Shown here: positions 52,199 through 64,000 of the stretch, in pieces | Layout of the letters: each line of letters opens with the position of its first letter | Position numbering within the stretch: the first letter of the stretch is position 1 | Source: Octopus sinensis | Taxonomy: Eukaryota | Assembly (NCBI RefSeq): GCF_006345805.1 | Contig: NC_043019.1 | Span: 18,847,360 to 18,911,359, forward strand | Direction: 5' to 3' | Length of the DNA: 64,000 bases | Translations under genes and position numbers: made by a program | The notes under the pieces: generated by a model | Told to the model about the DNA's origin: nothing | The model's database searches: none | What the model saw: the letters and a program-made list of their open reading frames with translations, nothing else

Positions 52199-54904
52199 TA
52201 CCTTTGGATATCCTTGTTGCTTATATACATATATATATATATATATATATAATATTTATTCTGAATAATACAGACGACAAAGTATGTTGGAAACTTTATC
52301 ACAATGATTGTTTCGGCATAATTCTGCACTGCTCCCATTAATGGTCTTTGTGCTGCTCTACACTTGTATTTCTCTGCTCTTCTTCAGCCATATTTTGTCC
52401 ACTGACCCCTTATCTCAAGCCTCTTGATTTCAATCAAGTTCAGCTCTCTGTTTTAGCCTTACATTAGTTGTTCAGTTCTTCCCTTTTTCCTTAACCATCT
52501 TCTCCTTGTATTTTGCACTTGCCTACATACACGTATTAGTATGCACATATATATATATATGTGTGGGTGAGTGGGTGTTCCTTGTATTAATGTCAACTAG
52601 TTCGTCTCTTTAGCACTTAACTTCTGTTTTCTCTACACAAGGGTAGGTATATAGATAATAACAATTTAATAAATAAAACATGCATACATACATATATGTA
52701 CATACCTACATCTATATGTATATATACATGCATATATGAGTACAGGACACCACAAATAAACGTAGAACACGAGAAACGAAAACAAAACCAATCAAGGAAA
52801 CAGACTTTTTTTTAACAACGAAAAAACAGAGAAGACAAACAGACGCAAGGAACATTCCCCTTCTTCAGCTGCCCCTGTTTCGAAGGTATGTGATCTGTGC
52901 CTGAATGCACATACACATTCTTCTAGCTCTGTATGCTAGCCCCTATATGTTCTACTTCATCACTTTGACCAACAGTAAACCAGAGATCAAAATAAAATCT
53001 ATTTATAAACTCCACATAGTTTTAAGCTCCTGTATTGCCTACTTTATTAATCATTTGTTAATAACAAAATTATGAACAAGACGTTTTTCAAGATGTTGAA
53101 GCGTTTGTATGAATTTTCTAAAGCTTTAAATTATATTTTCAAAACTATCCATGGCACAACTAGAAATCTTCCGTTCTCAGACCATCACGTAATGCTTGAT
53201 TATCTCCCTTCGAACATGTTCACAGTTTCTCATCCCACTTGCTCCTTAAAGGCAAAGTCTTGCCACAAAATGTCCTAAACTCCTGTCTTCATAGCAAATC
53301 AGTTTATTTATTTTAGGGATATTATTAACTGATTTTTTTCTTCTTCTCCTAATTAACTAGTTCTTTCAGGTACATGCTTTTGTTTATTGTTTCCTTCCCC
53401 AAAGTCACTGTCAAGTCATACAGCCTAACCAAGTCGTTGTTGAGGAGATGGGTGAAAACTCATCTTGTTCTGTGAAACTAATGTAATTATAATTAAAACT
53501 GCCTTGCTTGATTAATCCTTTGGAAGCAAAGCCTTCTGTTGCTTCTCTACGAAAGAGAAACAGAACCATTATGACAAAACAAACAAGAGTGTTATTATTT
53601 AAAATTCTGTAAAAATAAATAAAAAAGAGAAAGGACACCTGACTTTCTGTAACAAAGAGATTTTTGAAAAGCTTAGCACTCTCTTCGTTCCAGCAATAAA
53701 GTGGCAGTTGGTAGATCAACCCAGTCATCTTATAACAGTTAAATACCTGTGTAGGAACAAAACTATGAACAATAAATACGCCTTACCTAGAACAGTGTGT
53801 AGAATTGTACTATTTGATATGGTGTGTATATCAGTGGATGTATAATCATGCTGTGTGAATTTCAATTTTTTTGCCTATCTGCTTGATCAATTAGTGAAGA
53901 AAGCTTTTTTTTTTCTGGAAGACAGGAGGAAAACCTTGTCCAAAGGTAGGGGTGTGTGGTGGAGGAGTTTTATATTTGTTAAAGAAATTACAATGAAAGG
54001 AATAACCGTAACTGAAATGCAAACAACTTGCTTTTTCTTTTTTTTTTTAGACATATCTACACATGCATCTCGATAAAGTTAATTTTTTTCAAAACTCTAA
54101 TTGACACTCATTAGAACAAAACATTGCTAAAGTCAGCCTATTTAATTAGCCACTTGAATTATAGCAATGTATCATTTCTTTATTGACCAAATATGTATCT
54201 ACCTTTAATTAATAATTTTTTTCTATTTTATTTTTCTCACCTCCTTAATTTTTTTGATTACCTACCCTAAGCCTGTTAACCTTTATATATAATATTTTTT
54301 TTATCTTTAAACCATTTCAGTTTATTACCTTAAGGGAGATAAAATTTCCATTCATCTTGAATTTTATATGAAATGTCACACTCATCCTCCTCTAGCCCCA
54401 GAGGTTTTCCTCTGCTCTTCCTATCAAAAGATACCAGAAGGCAAAGCTTCCTTCATTGGTTGACCAAATCATCAGATGAAAGTCCTTTTCCAACATAAAA
54501 TAAATTTCACTCTCCTCTCAATACTGAGTTACATCATCAACAAATTTGCTTTTAAATGACTTCAATCTGAACACGTCACACATTTATAATGAATTCTTTT
54601 TTCATAGAACAATCTTAAGAAGCCACAACATAACAAACTTATAAATTGCTTTCCACTTTTAAATATCAAAGAATGTATATTTTTCACTTCATAATTTGTA
54701 ATGGGTTCTTTCTCAGAGAATGTTTGAACCAGCGTTAACATATGTCTGTTTATTTAAACAACTGTTGTAGTGTCTTAGCTGTTGTGGATAATAAGCATTC
54801 TGTTGTATAGGTTTGTGAATATAAAATGTGTATTTCTGAGCATTTTGCTTCTCTTAAAAAATGTTTAAACATTCCACTATAGTGGGAGTGGGGGGGGGGC
54901 ATGT

Positions 54905-55790
54905 ATATATCATCATCATTGTTCGACTGTGGTCGAAACAATGGAATTTACCATGCTATGCCAGACTTCACGGTCCATCATGGCATTACGGAGGTCCTGT
55001 TGCTGGATACCTGTATCCCTGGAGATTACATCAGGGTAGGAGAGTGTGCGCCCTCTGGTATTGCGAGTAGATGGCTTCCAGAGGAGAAGAGTAGAAATTA
55101 CTTCTTTTTCAGCTCTACAACAATGTCCAGCAAACTGGACTCTCCTACCTTTCACAAGAGATGACACAGGTGGTAGTTTCCCATATATTTGCATTTTGGT
55201 TGGATGGCGCTTTCACGAGAGATTTTGAGCTCTCATAAGGAGGCGAGTGTAGGTTCCATCCAACCGCCTCTCAAGCTACTTTGATAATGTCCAGGTTTTT
55301 GAGCCATATAGTAGGATTGGTTCGACTGTGGCTTTGAAGATTTCAAGTTTGAAGTCTCTACTTAGATTTGATGACCAGATCTTATGCATGTCATTACAGG
55401 CTGACCAGGCCATACCCTTTCTAGTTAGAAAGTCTTTTTCAGATGATGATATGTATGACCCAAGATATTTGTAATCAGAAACCATATTTAAGGGCGCATT
55501 GTTGAGAGTGTGGATGATGCAATCACTGTTGGACAGGCACTTGTTTATGTATTCAGTTTTGGCCTCATTGAGGTAAAGACCTACACAATTTGAGGCTTGT
55601 TCTAGAGATTGTAAAAGAGACTGGGCATTGGAGAGAGAATCACTGATAAGAGCGATGTCGTCAGTGTCTGGGTGTCTGGAACTTCTTGGTTTTATTTCAA
55701 AGCCCTTGCCAGAGATGGTATCAACTGACACACGTAGCACATAATCAACAACAATGATGAAAAGAAATGGGGCGAGTATATATAACATTT
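54905..55790 (-). mobile_element. RTE/RTE-X-like LINE RT 3' fragment (third RTE-type family)
   Basis: LAPFLFIIVVDY, DTDDIALIS, GLYLNEAKT, YKYLGSYI, VEPILLYGS, RVQFAGHC. Confidence 0.8.
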
Positions 55791-55959
55791 GGAGGTGTTA
55801 TATAAATAGTGTTTGTTTGAATTTATAAATAAAATATGTTAACCATTGACTGCTTTCCTTCTTGCGGCTAATTCAATAAAATGCTTCCTATTTTCTAGCA
55901 TGAAATATCGACTCTGTTATGGCTGAGAGATAACAGATTACTGAAAGCAGTCCTCAGTT

Positions 55960-56340
55960 TCCACCCTGGCCTCAAGTTGGCTCTGGAACTGTGTCCCTGG
56001 GGATATCTTCAAACACCTCCTGGATGTTGGCCACTGGCTAAGCCTTGGTGTTGCAGCTAGAGCAGTTGGTGTCTTTGTCAATTTCAGCCCAGAAAATAGT
56101 AATTCATGGGATTACAATTGGGGGCAATTAGGAGGCCAGAAATTTGGGGCTGGTGAAGTCATAGGAATCCTCAGATAACCATTTCTGACTCTTTCCTGAG
56201 GTATGGGGCAAGAAGAGGAATCCTGGCACCACATGTGGCCTTCGGGCAGTAACCCTCTTTGACCACAGCCTCCAGCAGTTTCACACAGCAGTCTGAATTG
56301 AGCTTGAGGCTCTGTCCTGAAGTTGGATGAATTTTGGTAT
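55960..56340 (-). mobile_element. Tc1/mariner (maT-like) transposase C-terminal fragment
   Basis: LKLNSDCCVKLLEAVVK..HTSGKSQKWLSE..WPPN.P.CNPMNY. Confidence 0.7.
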
Positions 56341-56939
56341 GTGAGTGTAGTCAGAAAACCTGTTGTGTCCCTTTCTGCTGGCTACGGCTTCGTAGTCTCT
56401 GTTGCAGCTGTCCATGTCCTGGATTCATAGAGCATTGAGCAGCGACCATGATGCTGGCCTTTTCATACCTGGCATCAATCCTCAAGATACAGGTAATTCT
56501 TTCCCAATATTCACATGGCTTTCAGTTCTCCATATCACTTAACTTTTTCTCATCTACAACTTTAATCTTTATGCACTGCAATGTCTTTGTTCACCACACA
56601 CAGCAAGTTCAGGCTAAAATAGATGAATTTTTGTCTCCTTTTTTCAAGAAAAGCTTGGTTTATTGGCGAACAGTCGATGGTGTTGCAGTGCATAAAGATT
56701 AAAGTTGTAGTTAAGGAAACGCTGATGTGGAGGACTTGAAGTCATCTGAATATTGGAAAAGCATTACCTGTATGATGATGATTCAGGCCAAAGGTATGAA
56801 AATGCTGACATCACGACTGTTGCTCAGTGCTCTGTGAACATTGTAAAAGCTGTAAGATGTGACATGGACAGCTGCCATGGAGACTACAAAGATGTGGCCA
56901 GCAAGAAGGATATAGCAGGTGTTCTGAGGGTAAAATCAT

Positions 56940-57270
56940 GTCTCTGAACAGGGTGTTAGGCTCAATTCAGCTGGCTATGTGAGGCTACTGGAAACTATAG
57001 TCAAAGCCTGACTGGAGAGGGTTGCTGCTAGAAGGCCATATGTGTGGAAGCAGGATTGGGCTCTTTGCTATACGTCTTGAAAGAACCAGAAGTGATTGTT
57101 GGAGAATTTCTATGACTTTGCCAGCCCTAATTCCCTCGATTGTAATCCCATGGATTACTTATGTGTGGGACATGGTTGAGGAATACACTAAGGCCAAGGA
57201 GGTATTCAAAGGTCTTCCCAGGTACAGAATGCATCAACCAGTTGTCTTGAGGCTGTGATGGAAGCTGAGC
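56940..57270 (+). mobile_element. Second fragment of the same Tc1/mariner family, opposite orientation
   Basis: VRLNSAGYVRLLETIVK..RRPYVWKQD..ENFYDF..DCNPMDY.VW. Confidence 0.7.
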
Positions 57271-57619
57271 AAACTTATCTCTTGGCCATAATTTAATTGA
57301 TAGTTTTTTGGGGTAGGGGATGGAATATTGAGTTTTCTTTACCTTCAATCAGATTTAGCCTGATCCTTGTGTGTGTGTTTGTGTCTTCTCTCACTTTTGC
57401 ACCTGTCACGTGAAAACTTCATATCATGTTAACCACACAAGGACTGTTGTTGAACAAGTGGAAAGTAGGTAGAAGAAACACAGCTGAATGCTAGAATTCT
57501 AGGAGACTAGTGGGGCTGTTTGCATCAGTGAAAATTATTTCAATAAAAGGCTAACATTAGATCTTAAAATCCAAACTTTTGTTCTTTATTTATGCAAGTA
57601 GTCAACATGTCTTTTTTTA

Positions 57620-57790
57620 CTATTTAAACAGTTTCAAGTTTTTGAAATACTTTTGTATTGTTTCTTTCTGGTCAGGTTTCGTGGCCAGGCAGGTAGCTAT
57701 ATTTTCAGGTTGTTCAATCCAGAGTTTGTGATCAATATTATTAGAGAGAAGGGTAGATGAAAGTTGACGCAGCTTTTCTTCATCGGGAAT
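57620..57790 (-). CDS. PTRHD1: PTRHD1 exon 2
   Basis: Pyrimidine-rich acceptor TTTCTTTCAG|ATT. Encodes IPDEEKL...HKLWIEQPENIATCLATKP...LKLFK*, in frame with exon 1 (119 aa total). Minus-strand AATAAA lies about 30 nt past the stop (57585-57590). Confidence 0.92.
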   Translation of the reverse strand: MPDEEKLRQLSSTLLSNNIDHKLWIEQPENIATCLATKPDQKETIQKYFKNLKLFK

Positions 57791-59314
57791 CTGAAAGAAA
57801 GGGAGAGAAAAATACAATTTAAAACGTGTTATATGCAACAGAAGCAGTATTGAATTAAAATAGCCAGTTAGTGCCATACTTAATGTACGTACATCACTGA
57901 AAAGCAAATTTACTGTAGTACTTGTCCAGAAATAACATCTGTTGTGGATGTGTTCTACTTAAAGACAATATATTGGAGGGAAATTCCTGAGTCATTCATT
58001 TCTCTTGTTACCCATATTATGTCCACCCCCTACAATAAACCACCACACCATTTCTTTCCTCCTCAGGTCATTGATGCCCTGAAAATCTTTCTGCAGCCAT
58101 CAATTTGTAACTCTTCAAAAAGGAGAGCAATCAATCCAGCAAACCCTCTGCTCTCAGAAAAGCAACAAGCATTGTCTCCGGTCTCTGAACTAGAATCCAA
58201 TTTAAAAAGAAAAAGAAAAAAGAACTTCAAAAGAAATTATAACCATTTGAGGAGGGTAAAATGAATTGAGGTGACTGCTGTAGTTGATTGACCCATGGAA
58301 GATGGAAAGTAAAATCGAGATTTTAATTAATGTACACTAATTGAACATAATTAAACACATGCAAATCTTTTTGACTGAGCAAAGTAATTAATGCAAAGCT
58401 TGGAAAGGATAAAATGAAGGATGAGAGATGCAAAAGTTGAGAGAGTTTGGATGCTGGGAATGTGAGAACAACCGGCTTTGAGGAGCAGGAATCAGTGATA
58501 AAAACAATGAGAACAGATGAGTGGACGGGGGCTGCATGCCAGTTGGTCAGGTGAGTCGTGTTTCATAGCACTTGTTTATGTTATTGGTTCAAATCCTGCC
58601 TTAGCCAACCTTGTCTTTCATACGTTTTGGGTCAATAAAATAAAATACCAGTCACGTACTGAGGTCGATGGCACTGAGTAATATCCTGCCTTCAAATTTC
58701 AGGCCTTTTGCCAGAAATAAGTATTCGGATATTTTAGGATGTAGTTCACCAGAAATAAAGAAATAAAAAATTTAATTTCATTCCTTTAAGTCCAGCTAGG
58801 TTTCATTTATTTTGTCAATCCTGGCCGAGTAGAACTATGGTTAAAGACATTCTAGCCATGACCATCCGCCCGATCTTATTTAGGAGTATCTTGGGTTACA
58901 TTATGCACCCTTCACGTTTTAAACATTGTAATGTGTGATTTGAGGGAGATTTGGTTGTTATTTCAAGGGGGTTGTCTGCGGTCGATTCAACTTTCTCTGG
59001 AAATGTAAGAATGTGCTAATATTAAGAAATTATCGTTTTAGTTTAAGAATTTGTAATTTATAGCAACCGATGTTAACCAAGCGTCGACATACTGGAAATA
59101 ACAGCCAAAATTGTTTCAAAAAACACTATTTTTAAAAATTTAGAAAGAAAAAAAAAACAATAACGAATGTAATTCTATATTATAATATGCGTTGGAGACA
59201 AAAGTCGAGGGTGATCCCAGCTGAAACATCTTTTATCGTGGGTCTGTTTAATTAAGTCTGACTTAATGATTAACAGCAAAATTAAGAGCTTTAACAGAAG
59301 TTGCACTCGACTAA

Positions 59315-59573
59315 GGCATTCTCTCGATATAACTCGACAAAATCAAAACATTTCACTTCAAGTATTTCCGTGGAAGCAAATGAGTTCGATTCTGTTTTCT
59401 GCTGGGAAATTTACACACATGAAACGGGTAAGAACAAATATGCAAGGCTTTTTTTTCTTCAAGTTTATAATGAGACATTGCTGGCATAATTTCGTTATAT
59501 CTAAACTCCACAACCGACGGAGATACCCCAAGTGAGATGTTTTGATTTTGTCGAGTTATATCGAAAGAATGCC
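59315..59573. repeat. Foldback MITE in the PTRHD1 intron
   Basis: 57-bp arms GGCATTCT(C/T)TCGATATAACTCGACAAAATCAAAACAT.. at about 59315-59371 and 59517-59573. Confidence 0.85.
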
Positions 59574-59729
59574 CTCGACTACTCATTCAGTTTTGTGATA
59601 TTGGTGGTCGTCTTTCGTAAGTTTGTTTATGGTGAGGAAATAGAGAATCCCGAACCGATACTATCTTTTTCCCTCCACGTCACACCGAAGCCCACACGGG
59701 CGATCGCCAAGGGTTGCTGTTTCACTTAC

Positions 59730-59918
59730 CTGTAGAATCACTTTGTGCATGCTGTCTATCTTCTCCAAATATTCTTTACAACCGGCATCGTCTTGGTGTT
59801 GATGTAAAACAGCTGAGCAAGCATGGCACGCTTGAGCGATGACCGCCCCTAAGGGCCACGAGAGCTTCTCGAGTAAATCCTTACGGACGACAATATACTG
59901 AACAATTACACCTGCCAT
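59730..59918 (-). CDS. PTRHD1: PTRHD1 (putative peptidyl-tRNA hydrolase, PTH2 family) exon 1
   Basis: MAGVIVQYIVVRKDLLEKLSWPLGAVIAQACHA...DSMHKVILQ; strong donor CAG|GTAAGT, 63 codons, phase 0. Confidence 0.92.
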
Positions 59919-60152
59919 GGATTTCTTTTCAAAATTTTAACCCAAAGAGACACAATAAATACCAGAGTACCAATGGAGATTTTATTAATTGAGCACCGAC
60001 AAGAAACGGACCGAGGAACCTCGCCAGCAAAACTGTCATTGGTTAACATTCTTCAACGCACTGACTGCTGTGGTTGTTGATGATGTGTAACCCTAGGCCA
60101 GCCCTGATAGCGTAGTACTCTGATCAAAGGTATTCCAAATATGATCATCCAG

Positions 60153-60825
60153 GGTACTACTTGAGAACAGTGGTCCCGGTGCGCGCACTCGCCTAGTCGC
60201 GCATCCGCGCTAGCTAGTCGTGACTAGTCGATCGTATTACCTAGCAAAGTAAATAAAACACAAAATAAATAAATGGATCTTTTCGGTTTGAACGGCAGTT
60301 TTTCTAGCGGTGTCATATGAAATTGTCACCCATAATTATGACCCTAGTATCGATCTATTGCATCTCAATCTGTTTTAGGGTTAGGGGTGCGAGGTGCGGG
60401 GAAGGGTATCTTTTTCTTCTTCACAAATGTAAATAAATCCAATCTGTTTCTTAAACGAGGGACATATTCATACGGCACAGAATGTTTTCACCTCAATAGA
60501 CGTCATTGATTGGTTTGAAATTGCAGAAATTGAATAAAAAAAACAACAAATATCTTATAAACTATAGAATTTTCTCAATAAAGCCAAGAGAAAAAGATGT
60601 TTTATAAACACATTCTACCAGAATACGAAGTTTAAAAGTGTTTAGTTACGTGGAAATTATTTTTAAAAAACTGCCGTTCAAACCGAAAAGGTCCAAAAAC
60701 ACAAAGTAAATAATTTATTAAACAAAGTTAATAACACACAAAAACACAAAGTAAGGATCGACTAGTCACGACTAGCTAGTGCGGATATGCGAGTGCGCGC
60801 ACCGGGACCACTGTTCTCAAGTACC
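60153..60825. mobile_element. 9-bp-TSD MITE (family of 39458-39624) carrying a nested element
   Basis: Perfect TSD ATCATCCAG (60144-60152 and 60826-60834); termini GGTAC(TAC)TTGAGAACAGTGGTCCCGGTGCGCGCACTC. Confidence 0.88.
60275..60694. mobile_element. Nested MITE with 28-bp TIRs
   Basis: GGATCTTTTCGGTTTGAACGGCAGTTTT ... AAAACTGCCGTTCAAACCGAAAAGGTCC; no clean TSD is visible. Confidence 0.75.
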
Positions 60826-60951
60826 ATCATCCAGCCTATCTGTTTAGGACTACACTATCTAATGCATTTTTTATTTAAAATACAAGCTGTGTTTTGAGTG
60901 GACGGGTGCAATTTTACTGCTATTTCTAGTAGATCGAGCGATCACTTAAAG

Positions 60952-61137
60952 CAGCCATTCTCAACGTTTTTGATATCCGGGGCCAGATCCAAAATCTCGA
61001 TATTTTAGGGACCCATACAAAAAAAAGAAAAAAAGAAAAGTAAAACACAAGTCAAAGAAAATTTCATATTTATGGAGGCAGCCACAAGGATGCTTGAGGG
61101 CCGCCTTCGGCTCCGAGAACCAGGTTGAGAACAGCTA
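60952..61137. mobile_element. hAT/Charlie-like MITE
   Basis: CAGCCATTCTCAAC ... GTTGAGAACAGCTA termini; degenerate 8-bp flanks. Confidence 0.45.
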
Positions 61138-63004
61138 ACCTAGACAGTACAGTGCGACTGAAGATAGTTGGCTGCTATTTCTAGCAGGTGAAAACGACGG
61201 TTAGATGTATGTATATTGTTTCATTCCCAAGTCAGCGCTGTAACCATGCTGTCCATTTTAATAGGTACTGTACCCCTAGAACTACATTTTTCAATCTGTC
61301 CTTTTCTTACTGGTAGACTGTGGTATGCAGGAGATTTAGCTACAAGTTCGATTTCCCTCTCTGTATTTATTGTTTAAATACTGTCAGGGTTCGACTTGGC
61401 CTTTAGTTTTCTTTCTCTAGCTGCTACAAGTACCCGGAACAACTTTCGTTTTTTTTTTTTTCTGAGTTTCTGATTATATACTTCAACCTTCTGTCATGAG
61501 GGGAAAAAAAACCCCGTGATATGTGCATTCCACAACTTTGATTCTTCATAACTGTCTTTGAAAAAGTACAGATTTCTTAAAGGACATTTTTTAGAGATAC
61601 ATTTTAGATTACAATTATGCGCGAAAAAAAACAACCAAAAATATAAGAAAATATCTGGAAAATTTCCGAAAAACTATTCCTTTAACAAAATCCTTTGGGT
61701 AGGCGGATATGAGCCTTCAGATAATCTTTTCAAAAAGTTCCATCAACGTAATTTACATCATCTGATATGTATCCGGAAAATATGTATTTTAAAGAAAGAT
61801 ATTAAAAGTCAGACTTCTGCTGTTAGACCAAAAGAAAATTTTCATTTATTCTTTATTATTTTATTTGTGTGTGAAAATTAAGAAGGTAAAAAAGACTTGT
61901 TTTAGTGGCTCAAATAAGACGACCTTTTTATTTATGATTGACAAAATGAAACCACAGAGCACTGCAGAAAAAAGGCAAAATATAAAATTTTGGTGTAAGG
62001 CCAGTGATTTGTGGAAAGGGATGAGTCGATGCTGAACTGATACTTTATTTTATCAACCCTGAAAGGATGAAAGGCAATGTTGACTTCGGTGGAATTTGAA
62101 CTCGAAAAGCAATGAGTCGGAAGAAATGCTGCTAAGCATTTTGTCACCTTCTTGAAGTAAAATTATGTTCGGTGATAAAATGAAGCGAAAACTATAATTC
62201 CTATCTTGAATCAATTGGATGGATTTTTCCCCTTTTTCTAATCCCTGTGCAGATAGTTTTTCCATGTCCTTGATCGGCTTCTTTTCTGTCTGTGTCTTTC
62301 TCTTTATAACCCTTAAGTCTGTGCCTCTCTATTTTCATTATCTATTGCTTTCTAATCGCCTTCTACTTTTGTCAGTCGGTATTCGATACAAGTTGTCAGA
62401 TGTAACTTATTAGGACCCGAAACGAATCACAGAATTTGAAACCCAGTCTCGATTTTACTATGAGTCTCTTCCTACTGTTCTTGGCATTTGCATTAAGAAA
62501 TTTACGAGTCAACTGCTTTATTTAGATAAGTCCTATTGTTTTCTGAGGATCCTTAGGTTAAATACAGTTCAGACTAGATAACAGACGAAAAATCGTTTGT
62601 TTAGTCTGGCCTAATTTAAGTAGAGGAAAATATAAGGATTTAGTCTTTTTCATTCGCAAAATGAATCCCCTTTAATTTTGCTCAGATTGCTTTCAATTTT
62701 GGTGTATCGATGTAACTCAGAATTTTGATTCCGATCAACAAATTACTTTATCTCGTAAATTAAAGAATCTGAGGTTATTTAGAATTAAAGTTGGGAAATT
62801 TGGGTAAATTTTAGCCAATCAACAGACAGCGAGGCATTAACAGCTTGTTGCCATGACAACCTGCACGTTGTGTTGATTTACTTCTCCTGCGTGTTTGGTT
62901 TTAATGAAAATTTATATTTATCAATTAGAATTTTATGATAGATATTTTCCATCAATTGTCTTAATATCTTTCATATATAGCAAAAGTTGTTTGCAGAAGA
63001 GCAT

Positions 63005-63720
63005 CTCTCTTTCGCGCCTGGCGAAAGAAACACGTCCTACATGTCATCAGAAGACAATATAACTCACCCCCTCAACTCGACAGCCCAGCTTGACTTGTTA
63101 CTATAGAAACAGGCACCTGTATGTTTGTGGCTTTCGATTGGCTAAAACTACCCAAAATTTGCAAACTGTAAAAGCCACTAAGTTTTTATTTATTGATTTA
63201 TGGCGAAAATTAATTTTATGTCAATGATTACTTTACAAAAGTAAACCAATACATCAAATATGAAATCAGTTGGGATAAAAATCGAAAAGTGATAGCCAAA
63301 CACAAAAGATCCTCAATCGCTTTTCATCCGAAAGATTTCCTCTCTGACTGGCATTAGAATGTCATCCTAATTGCCCACCGAAATTAAGTTACGGTTCTAC
63401 AAGCTCTGAGTCCAAATCTCGCAGAGGTCACCTGCGACCAAATATTTCGTTCGATTATATTCATATAATGCATCTTACGTGTGATTAGAATTATAACAAA
63501 AGATATTTATAAACGCTCAAGCTCAAAGCCACTGTTTTTTTTTTTTCTTTTTTGTTAACTCTCACCATTTTTCTTTAAGACTTATTCTACGCCCTTGCTA
63601 AGTGTCAACGCCACTCACCTCCTTTTTAATTTTTTTAATACACGTAAACATCAGGTCAAAGTAATTTACTTCCGGGCACTGATTTGGCGCCGGTGACTAC
63701 GTGACCCACGCAACCTCACG
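63005..63720. promoter_or_regulatory. Promoter-like cluster for a gene probably outside the window
   Basis: E2F-like TTTCGCGC (63010-63017) and TTTGGCGCC (63683-63691), ETS ACTTCCGG (63668-63675), locally retained CpGs. Confidence 0.35.
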
Positions 63721-64000
63721 CAATCTGAACTAACACCATAAGCAAAGGTCGTTTATGTTTCGATGCGCTTCTTTTTATTCTTGTTACGTAGTTTATTATG
63801 ATTGTTACTAACAGGCAGTTCTTTCGTAATATTATCTTTTATCTTTACCTTGTCTCAATCATTGAACTATGGCCATGCTGGGGCAACACCTTGAAGGGTT
63901 TAGTCGAACAAATTGATCTCAGTATTTAGTTTATCGAGCTTTTTCCAAACTTCTTAAGCAAACCAACACCAGTTATCAAGTGGTGGTGGTGGGGGGGATA

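Larger units (their letters stand above)
51798..52224. mobile_element. Head-to-head inverted pair of Penelope-like terminal repeats
   Basis: About 155-bp inverted arms (about 51826-51980 and 52070-52224) around a ~90-bp spacer, in (TA)n context; homologous to 21890-22015 and 24919-25040. Confidence 0.7.

Noticed and set aside
62800-63160. Paired CCAAT boxes as promoter elements
   Set aside because: They are the two arms of a short inverted repeat (TGGGTAAATTTTAGCCAATC / GATTGGCTAAAACTACCCA), more likely MITE-derived.

Overview
AT-rich, microsatellite-dense animal genomic DNA. The repeat landscape (RTE LINE tails ending in (GAT)n, tRNA-derived SINEs, long (TA)n/(GATA)n tracts) suggests a coleoid cephalopod, most likely Octopus; this is an inference. 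Two compact host genes are well supported and converge on each other: NSMCE1 (+, coding exons 46143-46526 and 48811-49215, 262 aa) and PTRHD1 (-, 59918-59730 and 57790-57620, 119 aa). Most of the rest is nested mobile-element debris: several RTE-clade LINE families (one copy with an uninterrupted RT ORF), CR1-like, CRE-like and R4/Dong-like non-LTR elements, pogo/Tigger and Tc1/mariner remnants, piggyBac and 9-bp-TSD MITEs, and several Penelope-like (Naiad-type GIY-YIG) relics. Most notable: (1) type I hammerhead-ribozyme-like motifs with palindromic stem III in Penelope-like terminal repeats, including a head-to-head pair between the converging genes; (2) a CpG-rich 9-bp-TSD MITE family beside both gene 5' ends; (3) long intronic foldbacks near splice sites of both genes; (4) a perfect in-frame 33-bp tandem array. 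Most mobile-element boundaries are approximate and were read by eye.
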